Shown piece by piece: positions 29,855-39,238 of a DNA stretch of 64,000 bases. The notes under the pieces are model-generated. The model did no database searches. It was given only the letters and a program-made list of their open reading frames with translations, and was not told the DNA's origin. How positions within the stretch are numbered: position 1 is the stretch's first letter; each line of letters starts with the position of its first letter. The DNA is taken from NCBI GenBank assembly GCA_028710275.1, contig JAQTUL010000001.1, positions 73,031 through 137,030 of the forward strand, written 5' to 3'. The translations under genes were made by a program, and so were the position numbers. The DNA comes from Candidatus Colwellbacteria bacterium (GTDB lineage: Bacteria > Patescibacteriota > Minisyncoccia > UBA6257 > Colwellbacteraceae).

Positions 29855-32770
29855 CTAGACCAGGACACTTTTCCTCGTATTCTGTTTCTCGACCCAATCA
29901 TCCCACTCAACCTCTGTGTTCAGATGGTTTGCGATATTCTTCACATTAGTGAACGACATCTTGCTATCACTCACTCTCACCATTCGCGCGGGATCAAAGT
30001 TGCGTCCATAGTTGAACTGGATAACCATGTTCTTTGAGTTCACAACCAATCCATCACTGTAGGACTTCACGAGATCCTCCATCTTCTTCACCAACTTTCG
30101 TTGAATATATCCAGACTGAGCAGTATCAGCAACCTGAAGACCATTCGCCAACCCAAAGTTAAGTGTACTAGGAATCGTAAGATCGTATAGTTTTTCATGT
30201 CCATCACAAGACATTTTTTCAATTGATACTATTTTATCCAATACGATATCGTTATGAACTTCGAAGTGTCGGTGAGGATTTTTCGGGGTCTTAATCATGT
30301 TCAACTTCTCTTGTTTCACAGAGTCAATCATGGGAATGGTCTCAGCAAACTTCTTAGACCACACATTTGAGATCTGAAGTCTATATGAAGGTTGAATAAC
30401 TTTTGTTCCCAGATTATTTTTCTTAATCTGTACCTTAGAAATCTTACCGAAAATACCAAGAGTGTTACACAATGTACTGATACCCTCAATAAGTTTAGGT
30501 GAAGAAGTTCCAGCCACAATCATATTTCTCTCAACAGCACCATCTCCTGAAAAATATCCGTTCAGGAGGGAGACGATGAATTCTTTAGGAGCTGTATATG
30601 CTTCATTAGGTACAAATTTATTTTTTGCTCCGTGACCAACAAACTTATCAAGGAATTGAGACAACACACTCGATCGACCTCGAACATCGCTTGTAAATCC
30701 TTCGATACCGTTAATTTTAAAGTTTTCAGAAAATTCAATCGAGTGTTTGACAAACCATCCTTTAACAAACTCACGAATTGTATCGTCGTTGTTGGTTATC
30801 TGAACATAATGTCCGTCAGTATTCCCTTCGGCCAGGTACAATCCGATAAAGAGACCGTTGTCAGAATTTAATTCGAAAGAATCCGGGATTTTAATATCTG
30901 TTCTACATCCTGAAAACGGATAGATATATCCATCTTTAATGTTATCGACATTAGATCTAGTTATCACTCGTTGAAGTTTCGCCTTTGACGTATATGGTAC
31001 AGTGAATGTTGATCCGTTATTCTCTTTCCACCAACCTCTCGGAATATGAAATTCTGTCATAGCATTCTCCATGCTGGAAACAGCTACATTAAACTCAGTT
31101 CCATAAACATATTTATCTTTTGGTAGATACTTGGACATATCCACATAATTTTTAACGATTGGGATGTTCATCAGATTCATTGTCACAGGGAGATAATCAC
31201 CCACCTTAATATCTGGAGTATAGATCTGTTCCAACACTCTCTTCTCTTTGTTCCATACAAGAAGAGATTTCGATTCGGCAACCACAACACTTCTCCCACC
31301 ATACGTTGTTACTTTATAGATATTTTTACTAGGGTCATGTCGTGTAGCATGGGAGATCTCCTCCCATGAGACGTTACCATCATTATCCGTAGTTGAAATG
31401 TACGTTTCTTTTTCCAACTCTAATGTCTCCATATTCTGTTCGTCTTGATGAACAATGTTTTTATTCCCATTCATCAAATCATCAATCCATTCTCCGATTT
31501 GTACATATTTAGCATCACCATCTTCAATGATGATGATAGTTGTTTCTTTTGTTACAGATTTCACTGCTGTGTCGATAACACCTTCTCGACCACCCTCTGC
31601 GTGGAAGAAGAACTCTTGAACAGTCAATCCCTCCATGTAACAGTGAGCTACAAATCCTCTGCTTTCATAAAGTAGTCGTCTCTCCATATCCTCTTGTTCC
31701 GGAGTTGCATCTTCCGGATACTCACCCTGTGTCTTGGAGTATGTAGGATTAGTTCGTCCACCAAATGTGAGAGGGATACGCTTACCCTCAACGTTCTGTT
31801 GTCCGACCAGAACTCGGATCTGTGAGTTGTTCACATAGCTACCTTTGGATCCCGCACTGATCATCACGTTCAAGGAATTTTCATACTCGAACTCGTTCTT
31901 GGTGATCAGCTGACCAATTGTGGTTGCGCCGTTGAGCGCGTTATTGACCTTTCGCTCACGCAACTCCGGATCACTCTCTGACGTCTCAATACTTTGAGCC
32001 TCCATAAAACTCTTGGATATCTGGTTCTGAACATCCGTGACTCTGATTGGAAGACAGTCCTCAATTCCGATAGAGAATCCTCGAGCCTTCAGACAGTGAT
32101 TGATCAACCACTGGTAGTAACTGACAAAGTCGATTGTGATCTTCGCTCCATACTCCTTCTCCAGTTTGTGTACAATGGAACTGTGACTGTCACCGAGAAC
32201 CGACTTGTTGAGAATACCCTTCAACATGACACCTCGAACAATTTCAACACCGCTCGGTTCGAACGTGTATTCGAAGTCATCGGGAAGAAGATACGAAAAC
32301 AGACAGTGTCCAGTGTACATGTAATCATCAATCTCCGCCTCAGTAAATTTTTGCCATCGCAAGACGCTCTTGATATGATCCATCTTACGAAAAATGTAAT
32401 CCTCAGTATCCTCTTCGTATGTGATCGAAGAATGTTTTCTCTTTTCGAGTTCAGAGATCTTGGACATAACAGCCGTTCTGTTTCCCGAAATAAACCAATC
32501 GTCCACGCATGTCAGAGCATCATTGAAGAGGACACGATCGATGTAGTTTCGCGGGTTGAACTTACGGACAGTCTTTCCGTTGACAGTCTCGTTGTAATAG
32601 AATCCACGGGTGAAGAGATTTCCACCGGTAAGCGCATCCTGTGTGATTGAGAGTAGAAGACGCGCGTTTTGACTACTCTTCAAGAGAGCAGCAGTTGAGG
32701 ATAATAGTAGTAATTCTGCCACAGCCTCATACGACTGCGGAATATATAAATTCATCTCGTCCCCATCGAA
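29855..32770 (-). CDS. RPB1: DNA-directed RNA polymerase largest subunit (RPB1), exon 3, containing an intein; the frame ends about 90 aa after the intein host site
   Basis: Begins 'FDGDEMNLYIPQS' (the NADFDGDEMN active site). Contains '...HAEGGREGVIDTAVK[intein]TAQSGYIQRKLVKKMEDL' and 'VIQFNYG'. The track ORF start at 32833 is intronic sequence read through. Confidence 0.85.
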   Translation of the reverse strand, partial: FDGDEMNLYIPQSYEAVAELLLLSSTAALLKSSQNARLLLSITQDALTGGNLFTRGFYYNETVNGKTVRKFNPRNYIDRVLFNDALTCVDDWFISGNRTAVMSKISELEKRKHSSITYEEDTEDYIFRKMDHIKSVLRWQKFTEAEIDDYMYTGHCLFSYLLPDDFEYTFEPSGVEIVRGVMLKGILNKSVLGDSHSSIVHKLEKEYGAKITIDFVSYYQWLINHCLKARGFSIGIEDCLPIRVTDVQNQISKSFMEAQSIETSESDPELRERKVNNALNGATTIGQLITKNEFEYENSLNVMISAGSKGSYVNNSQIRVLVGQQNVEGKRIPLTFGGRTNPTYSKTQGEYPEDATPEQEDMERRLLYESRGFVAHCYMEGLTVQEFFFHAEGGREGVIDTAVKSVTKETTIIIIEDGDAKYVQIGEWIDDLMNGNKNIVHQDEQNMETLELEKETYISTTDNDGNVSWEEISHATRHDPSKNIYKVTTYGGRSVVVAESKSLLVWNKEKRVLEQIYTPDIKVGDYLPVTMNLMNIPIVKNYVDMSKYLPKDKYVYGTEFNVAVSSMENAMTEFHIPRGWWKENNGSTFTVPYTSKAKLQRVITRSNVDNIKDGYIYPFSGCRTDIKIPDSFELNSDNGLFIGLYLAEGNTDGHYVQITNNDDTIREFVKGWFVKHSIEFSENFKINGIEGFTSDVRGRSSVLSQFLDKFVGHGAKNKFVPNEAYTAPKEFIVSLLNGYFSGDGAVERNMIVAGTSSPKLIEGISTLCNTLGIFGKISKVQIKKNNLGTKVIQPSYRLQISNVWSKKFAETIPMIDSVKQEKLNMIKTPKNPHRHFEVHNDIVLDKIVSIEKMSCDGHEKLYDLTIPSTLNFGLANGLQVADTAQSGYIQRKLVKKMEDLVKSYSDGLVVNSKNMVIQFNYGRNFDPARMVRVSDSKMSFTNVKNIANHLNTEVEWDDWVEKQNTRKSVLV
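30125..31558 (-). mobile_element. Intein (478 aa) with a LAGLIDADG homing-endonuclease domain inserted in RPB1 between AVK and TAQSGY
   Basis: N-terminal 'SVTKETTIIII' (block A). 'ISHATRHD' (block B). LAGLIDADG motifs 'LFIGLYLAEGNTDG' and 'LLNGYFSGDGAV'. C-terminal '...YDLTI...NFGLANGLQVAD' then +1 Thr. Removing it restores 'DTAVKTAQSGYIQRKL' at canonical length. Confidence 0.75.
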
Positions 32771-34061
32771 CAGGGGGATCCAATATCTTTCAATATCGGC
32801 CGGACTATATCTTAAGCATGTCGGATGACACACCCATTCCCGTTTAGTCTCTGAACCTTCTCCATATCTTACGAGTTAGGAGCTTGGCTGCGGATTGTCC
32901 ATTGTTCATCTTTTACGTTTTTACTGTTCCGTAGGTCGTTACCCCCGGTCTCACTCAAGGATTTCTCAATGAGGATAGTAGTAAAAGCTTTAGGAGTTTC
33001 CCGCAATTTGAGGATGTCGCGATACCTTCATATCACTAGCAAGTTATATTAAAGAACAAATTACACTGTTTACCCGATGAAGTATTTTGTTCAACTTCAT
33101 CAGCAGCTTGCTGTTTCAGACTTCGATAGTTAAAAGAGAGTCAAAATTATCGGAAACAAAGACCTTATCTTTTGTTGACAAGGCGTAACAAAATTCCAAA
33201 GATATATCGAGAGCATCAGATAAAGAGATGTTTTTACTTCCAAAATTTATTCTCTTTTCTTCCGATTGTTTAGTCATGATGTCTGTGCGAACATACACCG
33301 CAACTGTATAGAACGTTTTGTATTTGAATGGTGTCACTCTTAGTTTTGATATGTTCATTCCGGAAAATAGATCTAGTTTATCTTGGTATTTGGGTTTATC
33401 GATATAACTGATTATTTCAGTATCATCGCCCTTTATTTTGTTGATAAACCGATTCGCATTCTTTACACATAACTCAAAGGTTTTGTGTTTTCCGGAATTA
33501 AACATTACACGAACTTTGTTTTCGTGACCTTCTATTTGAAGCATCACTCTTACAGAGTCGTATACACCATTCTTTTTTATAGGACGCTGAATGATCTTTT
33601 GAATATTCATTTTCTTGTACTCTGAAATCTTTACAGACATTGTTTTGAAGCCTTCCCCTCCCTTCTGAACATTGTATCCGTTTGGAATCATCGAGTTGAG
33701 ATCTTGAATATAAAAACATTCACGAGAATCCGCTTGAGATAGTTCACACATCTCAAGTTCTTCTATAGAGAAGTCTTCGTCACCATACTTTCTAATATCA
33801 ACGTGAAGAGGAGACGACGCTCCCTTCTTTGCTCTAAAAAGATGCCCTTTGAATCTCCCGTCGATACCATATGTTGAAAAATATCCTCTACAATCCTTTA
33901 CACGTTCTAGATAGTTACGAGTTTGTCCTACAAACACTTTGCCAGTTGTTTTACTGGTAATTTTATAAATGATGCTCTTGATTATCTTTGACATTTTATC
34001 ACACTGTAGATCTTTGTTATATGTTTAACGATAATGTTTAAATCGATTTTTAAAACGGTTA
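32771..34061 (-). mobile_element. Group I (IC1/Tetrahymena-type) self-splicing intron 2 in RPB1, carrying a GIY-YIG ORF in its P1 loop
   Basis: P1: the exon end 'ucagau' pairs with the IGS 'gucuga' located just after the ORF. Core: 'caaauugcgggaaa', 'cgcagccaagcuccuaa', 'agacuaaa', 'uaagauauaguc'. P9: 'ccgauauuGAAAgauauugg'. Omega-G lies before 'uucgaugggg'. Splicing gives ...KTYNSD|FDGDEMN. Boundaries are inferred to within a few nt. Confidence 0.7.
33116..33994 (-). CDS. GIY-YIG homing endonuclease (intron-encoded)
   Basis: 'IYKITSKTTGKVFVGQTRNYLERV' (GIY...YIG), a conserved Arg, Glu and 'NGYN'. It lies entirely within intron 2. Confidence 0.8.
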   Translation of the reverse strand: MSKIIKSIIYKITSKTTGKVFVGQTRNYLERVKDCRGYFSTYGIDGRFKGHLFRAKKGASSPLHVDIRKYGDEDFSIEELEMCELSQADSRECFYIQDLNSMIPNGYNVQKGGEGFKTMSVKISEYKKMNIQKIIQRPIKKNGVYDSVRVMLQIEGHENKVRVMFNSGKHKTFELCVKNANRFINKIKGDDTEIISYIDKPKYQDKLDLFSGMNISKLRVTPFKYKTFYTVAVYVRTDIMTKQSEEKRINFGSKNISLSDALDISLEFCYALSTKDKVFVSDNFDSLLTIEV

Positions 34062-34199
34062 ATCTGAGTTATAAGTCTTACACTGGGCCAAATTCATTCG
34101 AATACATCTGACCGGTTTATGATTGTTGATACCTGATGTATTTTTGATAATTTTTAGTTTTCTCGCAATCATGGATCCCTTATGGAGAGTTGGTTGTCG
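34062..34199 (-). CDS. RPB1: RPB1 exon 2 (46 codons: RQPTLHKGSMIARKLKIIKNTSGINNHKPVRCIRMNLAQCKTYNSD)
   Basis: Encodes the conserved RQPSLHKMSMM...RLNLSVTSPYNAD segment. It is in frame with exon 1 (…ALFG) and exon 3 (FDGDEMN…). Confidence 0.65.
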
Positions 34200-34564
34200 C
34201 AAACCAGTTTCCAGTCTTTCGAACTGAAATTGGACTATATCTTAAGCATGTCGGATGACACACCCATTCCCGTTTAGTCTCTGAACCTTCTCCGTATCTT
34301 TTACGATTTAGGAGCTTGGCTGCGGATTGTCCATTGTTCATCTTTTACGTTATTACTGTTCCGTAGGTCGTTACCCCCGGTCTCACTCAAGGATTTCTCA
34401 ATGAGGATAGTAGTAAAAGCTTTAGGAGTTTCCCGCAATTTGAGGATGTTGCAAATAGATGATCTATTCACTAGTAGATTATATCTGGGGACAATTTACA
34501 CTGTTTATCCCGAATAGTATATTGTCCAACTATTCGAGCAGTCTACTGTTTTCGGCCAACATTA
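34200..34564 (-). mobile_element. Group I intron 1 in RPB1 (365 nt, no ORF), homologous to intron 2
   Basis: P1: 'uucggu|' pairs with the IGS 'gccgaa'. It shares the same about 300-nt core as intron 2 (94% identical over plus 34237-34456 versus 32800-33018). P9: 'cagttcGAAAgactg'. Omega-G lies before 'cgacaacca'. Confidence 0.7.
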
Positions 34565-36394
34565 ACCGAACAATGCAATATCTCCATTTCGAATATGTCG
34601 TTCGACGATATCTCCAACTTGAACTTTGAAGAATCTCTTTTTCGATGGAACGATGTTCTTGAGTTCCTTTCCTTGACGAAAGACACGATCGCCGGGTTGA
34701 ATCTCGAACTTACCCGATTTTTGAAGCTCAAGATCGGGGCTGATAGTACGATCTCCTCGACGGATGACATCTCCAAGCTCAACTTGAAAAGTAATCTTCT
34801 CCGGGAGTTTGAATCCTTTCAAGATCTTTCCACCACGAGCAATCTTGTCCGTGGCGAGAAGAGTGATTGCGCGACCGGTTGCTGCCTTGAATTTTTCAGG
34901 GTAGATTTTCTTTCCTTCACGCAACACAATATCATCTTGTTCCAGAGAGAATCCACCGGTTTCATATGTTGCGCGTGTCTTGAGATTTTTCTTCAGATCA
35001 TAACTATCCATTTCCTTAGTCGCAGGATTGAGTCTTTTCACATAGTTCGCCTTTCCAGTGTTGACCAGTTCGTTCATCGCTGCGAGATTGCGATCAAAGA
35101 CTCGTTCAGGGAATGTGAGCTTTTCAGCAAACTCCTCGGGAATAGCAATCTCATCTGCGCGAAGACTCGGATCGGGATCGATAACTGTACGTCCAGTAAA
35201 GTCGTTACGTTTTCCTGAGAGATTCTGACGGAACAGTCCTCCCTTTCCATTCATACGCTCACGAATACACTTGATCGGACGTCCAGTGATCTGACGAGCC
35301 TTGAATTGATAGTTGTACATGAGAGTTCGAATATGGAAAAGTAGACCATCCTTCTTCTCTGCCAACTCCTTCTCTTTCAAGGGTTTCACTCCCGACGTAT
35401 GATTTTTGATCGCGTTACATCGTTTGATGATCTCCACGTATTTCGAGGTCAGATCATCGTCACAAGGGCCACGATTTGTTTCGACGAATGGACGCGCACA
35501 GATAGGAAGGACAAGTAGAGAGGTGATGATGAAATCCACAGGATTGATCTCTCGTCCCTTCTCATTCAATCCCATGTTCTTGAGATCCTTCGCCTTGATC
35601 GATCCGAGAACGTTCTCGATCTCCAAAAACGTCATCTCTGTCTTCTCAGACTTCTCACCCTTGTACTTGTAGTACTTGTAGTCCTCGACGTAGTACGACC
35701 ACTTATCACACTCACACTTTGAGTTTGGACACGCCTTCACTTTGGCTGTATAATCGATGATCGCTTTCATTCGACTCGCTCCTCGAAGACTGAACATATT
35801 CAGGAGTTTCATCTCCTTCTGAGTGATGAGAAGAGATGCACACTCACCACAGAAACAGTTCAGATACATCAAAATCTCCTCTGGGTACATAGGATGCGCG
35901 ATGGGAATCGGAAGTTCAATGTGACCGAAATGTCCTGTACACTTGTTATTCGATCCGTTACAAGTCACACAGAGGGCATGATTCTTCAGAACTCCCATAC
36001 GCGGATCATACACCGTACCTTGACCTGAGAGTTTACTGTCGGTGATTTCACATACTGAGATCTTCTTCACCTCCCGAGACGAAAACATACCGAAAGCGAT
36101 TCCTGTGAACTCCGTGGTATTTTCACACGAGACGATATCATCTTCGGTTATCTCCAGAAAATCCTCCTGGTCATCATCCTCCTTATTCCATTCAGTCTCC
36201 GCATCCTCGAGAATCTCTTCTCCTTCTCCAACGAGAAAATCTCCTGCATCCTCTTCCTCCTCGATAACTATCTCCGCTTTCTTTATCTGAGAGGCAATCC
36301 TCTTCTTCATATCGGAAATCGAGATATTGGACGACATCGTGGATCGTGTCTTCTGAAGCTGTAAAAATAGGGAAACTGTTATAGTAGAAATCAT
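34565..36394 (-). CDS. RPB1: RPB1 exon 1 (N-terminal clamp / active-site region)
   Basis: 'CVTCNGSNNKCTGHFGHIELPIPIAHP' Zn-binding region, 'GKGGLFRQNLSGKRNDFTGRTVIDPDP', and the end '...RNGDIALFG'. The in-frame taa at 34562-34564 is intronic. Confidence 0.85.
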
Positions 36395-36429
36395 TTTTCT
36401 CTACTGTAACATATCATCTGGATAAATAA

Positions 36430-36969
36430 TTACATACAATGTCGGGATGCGTTTCGCGAAAAGGTTCCTGTGCAATCATCTCGAAAAGGAGAGAGAATAC
36501 ACTTAGTAAACATTAGCGTCACATCCAGTTCTCTGACGTAACAGGAATCGGAAGATACAACATAGTTGACTACCTTCGTATTCTGTAGGGCAAAAGTCTC
36601 GGTATCCTTTACTGTAACCGTATTCTTATTAGCGATAACGGTATCTGACACCCCACATTCTTCTGCGCAATGGGTCTGTCGACAATATGATCTAGAATCG
36701 GAAAAACACTCTCCCATGTTCTTCCCGTACATTCTAGAGTACAGAATAATTCGATCCATCTCATCCGGGGCATCACGGAGAGTATTAAAATAGTTATCCA
36801 TATTATTATTTTGTATGTCTCCGCATGAGAGAAGAAGATAAGAACTAGAACAGCTATTGTATAGACATCGATCACAACTGCTTACCTCGGGAACCTTTCC
36901 CGGAACGAAAAAGGTTCCCAGAAGTCCAATAAAACAAATAATAGAAATACTAAGAGGAATAGTTTGCAT
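36430..36969 (-). CDS. Secreted or membrane Cys-rich protein
   Basis: N-terminal hydrophobic signal 'MQTIPLSISIICFIGLLGTFFVP' and many Cys. Confidence 0.45.
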   Translation of the reverse strand: MQTIPLSISIICFIGLLGTFFVPGKVPEVSSCDRCLYNSCSSSYLLLSCGDIQNNNMDNYFNTLRDAPDEMDRIILYSRMYGKNMGECFSDSRSYCRQTHCAEECGVSDTVIANKNTVTVKDTETFALQNTKVVNYVVSSDSCYVRELDVTLMFTKCILSPFRDDCTGTFSRNASRHCM

Positions 36970-37015
36970 ACTAAAGATGATACCGTTGTTAGCTTATCTT
37001 CTACTAATTTCATTT

Positions 37016-37570
37016 TTACAGGTCTCTATTCCGGATAATAGAGAGAATCTCCTCTTGAGCCTTTATCTTCTCCTCCAACTCATCTTTGAGTTTTCTTTTC
37101 TGGGCAGTACTACCCAACTCTTCATCCATCTTCATGAACTCCTTAAGTTCCCCAACGATCCTGCTATTGATACCGGATAGTTCGCTACAAGTCTCCTCTT
37201 TCAGGAGTTGAGTCTCGATTGGGATTTCGGTAATTGCTCCATCAAGAACGTCGGTGGTGATAAAATCCCCAAAGTATTTTGTACTGTCTGTGTCGTCTAG
37301 AATATTGACAGCCGCATCCTTATTAAACGAATCATAAACTTTGGTTTTTATTGAACCGAAAAAACTCATTATCATTCCACGGGTCGGCTTTGTTGGTAGT
37401 TTTGGTATTATAATCGATACGTCTAAACGATCCTTGTAGTAACGCATTGTTTGATCGAATAACAAAGCGTTTAATGTGTCTCCCGTTTCTGAATCCGAAA
37501 TCCCTTGTAGATCTCTGTATGTGGATAAACCGATATCATCCAATATTCTCAATGATTGAGCCGAGTTCAT
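37016..37570 (-). CDS. Hypothetical protein
   Basis: 184-aa ORF with a coiled-coil C-terminus. Confidence 0.4.
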   Translation of the reverse strand: MNSAQSLRILDDIGLSTYRDLQGISDSETGDTLNALLFDQTMRYYKDRLDVSIIIPKLPTKPTRGMIMSFFGSIKTKVYDSFNKDAAVNILDDTDSTKYFGDFITTDVLDGAITEIPIETQLLKEETCSELSGINSRIVGELKEFMKMDEELGSTAQKRKLKDELEEKIKAQEEILSIIRNRDL

Positions 37571-37606
37571 TTAATAATATAAGATATTATTAAAGTTGAA
37601 ATGAAT

Positions 37607-39232
37607 CTATTCGAATATGATGTCAGCGTACTTATGAAATAGATTGTCGACATCAATCTCTGTGATCTTATTTCTCTCATCGTCTCCGTCATAATAGAGT
37701 TTTACTACACTTAGGAGATAAGGTGGTGGATGTAACATTGAGGATTTTATTAAGGAGACCAATCTCTTCTTTCTTGTTAAAGTTATTCCAGCTCTAACTT
37801 TATTTTTACCTGAGTCAGTATATCCGTCGGGATTGAAACGGATAAATAGAACATTTGGTCCACCGATTCCCTGTTGAATATTCACCATTCTCGCTGTCTC
37901 ACATTCATCAGCGTAACTCGAGTGTTGGTTCTCATCCACTTCTATAACTATGTAGTGTGTCTCACAATCGATTAGAAAGTCTGGTCGGTGTTTGTGACAA
38001 CTGGGATCTGAAGTCTTATCGTGGATGAAATCTATTTCCGATTCCTCTAGGAGAGTTTTTACTTTCAACTCCTTCTCGTGTCTGATGGTCGTAATATCCA
38101 CTTTAGCACAGATGTTACACATCTTAGAGTCCGATTTAATAAAGAGTACCTGATCACAGATCATACAGTTAGCTTCAGAGATTTGAATATCATCATCTAG
38201 TTTGTGTTCGCCACATCGAAGCGGATATGAATCATCTTTGTCTGTATAGTTCGGTGTCTCTTTACATATTTCATGTTCACATTTGGGTTTATTCTTTGTG
38301 TACATGTTAGGAGTTCTATGTTTAGCGCATGATGTTTTCTGTTGAAAGAGAAGACCAAACGTTGCTCGTGTACCACATTTAGGGTGAAGACATATTTTAT
38401 GTTTTACATCCACATAATCGGCTTGTTTATGAGCTGAACAAAATTCAGCAATTTTACTACCTGGTTTTCCAAACACAGGTAGTTTATTACACTCGGAATA
38501 AGAACAAGTCTTATTCTTTACATCCTCATAATCGGCTTGTTTATGGGCTGAACAAAATTCAGCAGTTTTACTTCCTGGTTTTCCGTAATTGGGTATTTTA
38601 TTACATTCGGGATAAGAACAAGTCTTATGTTTTACATCCACATAATCGGCTTGTTTATGAGCTGAACAAAATTCAGCAATTTTACTTCCCGGTTTTCCGT
38701 AATTGGGTCGAGTGAGACATCCTGGACTGATACAAGTCTTACTCTTTACATCCACATAATCGGCTTGTTTATGAGCTGAACAAAATTCAGCAATTTTACT
38801 TCCCGGTTTTCCATAAACTGGTCGTGTACAACATTCGGAATAAGAACAAGTCTTATTCTTTACATCCACATAATCGGCTTGTTTATGAGCTGAACAAAAT
38901 TCAGCAATTTTACTACCTGGTTTTCCAAACACAGGTAGTTTATTACACTCGGAATAAGAACAAGTCTTATTCTTTACATCCTCATAATCGGCTTGTTTAT
39001 GGGCTGAACAAAATTCAGCAGTTTTACTTCCTGGTTTTCCAAATGTAGGTATTTTATTACACTCGGAATAAGAACAAGTCTTATTCTTTACATCCTCATA
39101 ATCGGCTTGTTTATGGGCTGAACAAAATTCCGCAATTTTACTTCCTGGTTTTCCAAATGTAGAATATTTATCACATCCATCATATTTGCATATACGAGAC
39201 ATTTTTGATACCATTTCTAGTTTATTTCTCAT
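37607..39232 (-). CDS. Zn-ribbon repeat ('2-cysteine adaptor'-like) protein with a C-terminal PD-(D/E)xK nuclease domain; paralog of 17392..18972
   Basis: Eight near-identical 39-aa repeats of 'KTCSYSECNK.P.FGKPGSK.AEFCSAHKQADY.DVKNK'. C-terminal 'RPDFLIDCETHYIVIEVDENQH'. Confidence 0.65.
   Translation of the reverse strand: MRNKLEMVSKMSRICKYDGCDKYSTFGKPGSKIAEFCSAHKQADYEDVKNKTCSYSECNKIPTFGKPGSKTAEFCSAHKQADYEDVKNKTCSYSECNKLPVFGKPGSKIAEFCSAHKQADYVDVKNKTCSYSECCTRPVYGKPGSKIAEFCSAHKQADYVDVKSKTCISPGCLTRPNYGKPGSKIAEFCSAHKQADYVDVKHKTCSYPECNKIPNYGKPGSKTAEFCSAHKQADYEDVKNKTCSYSECNKLPVFGKPGSKIAEFCSAHKQADYVDVKHKICLHPKCGTRATFGLLFQQKTSCAKHRTPNMYTKNKPKCEHEICKETPNYTDKDDSYPLRCGEHKLDDDIQISEANCMICDQVLFIKSDSKMCNICAKVDITTIRHEKELKVKTLLEESEIDFIHDKTSDPSCHKHRPDFLIDCETHYIVIEVDENQHSSYADECETARMVNIQQGIGGPNVLFIRFNPDGYTDSGKNKVRAGITLTRKKRLVSLIKSSMLHPPPYLLSVVKLYYDGDDERNKITEIDVDNLFHKYADIIFE
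38330..39180. repeat. Near-identical 117-bp tandem repeats (x7-8) encoding the Zn-ribbon adaptor units
   Basis: 'aatcggcttgtttatgagctgaacaaaattcagcaattttact...' recurs with very few mismatches. Confidence 0.75.
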
Positions 39233-39238
39233 TAAAAA

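Noticed and set aside
32771-32833. 'MCHPTCLRYSP' N-terminus of the track ORF 29855..32833 (GTG start)
   Set aside because: This stretch is the 3' part of group I intron 2 (P7 3' strand 'uaagauauaguc', P9 hairpin). The true exon starts at 32770 with FDGDEMN.
34200-34236. Spliceosomal-type intron reading (gt…tttcag) for the first RPB1 interruption
   Set aside because: Joining at those sites breaks the reading frame. The group I P1/IGS pairing and the conserved core explain the structure better.
34562-34564. Stop codon ending the RPB1 N-terminal ORF
   Set aside because: The taa is the first three nucleotides of intron 1 (the 5' splice site is after ...uucggu). It is not a genuine translation stop of the mature mRNA.
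38330-39180. 117-bp near-perfect tandem repeats as a possible CRISPR/satellite
   Set aside because: They are in frame and encode the repeated Zn-ribbon unit of a protein; there are no spacer-like unique inserts.
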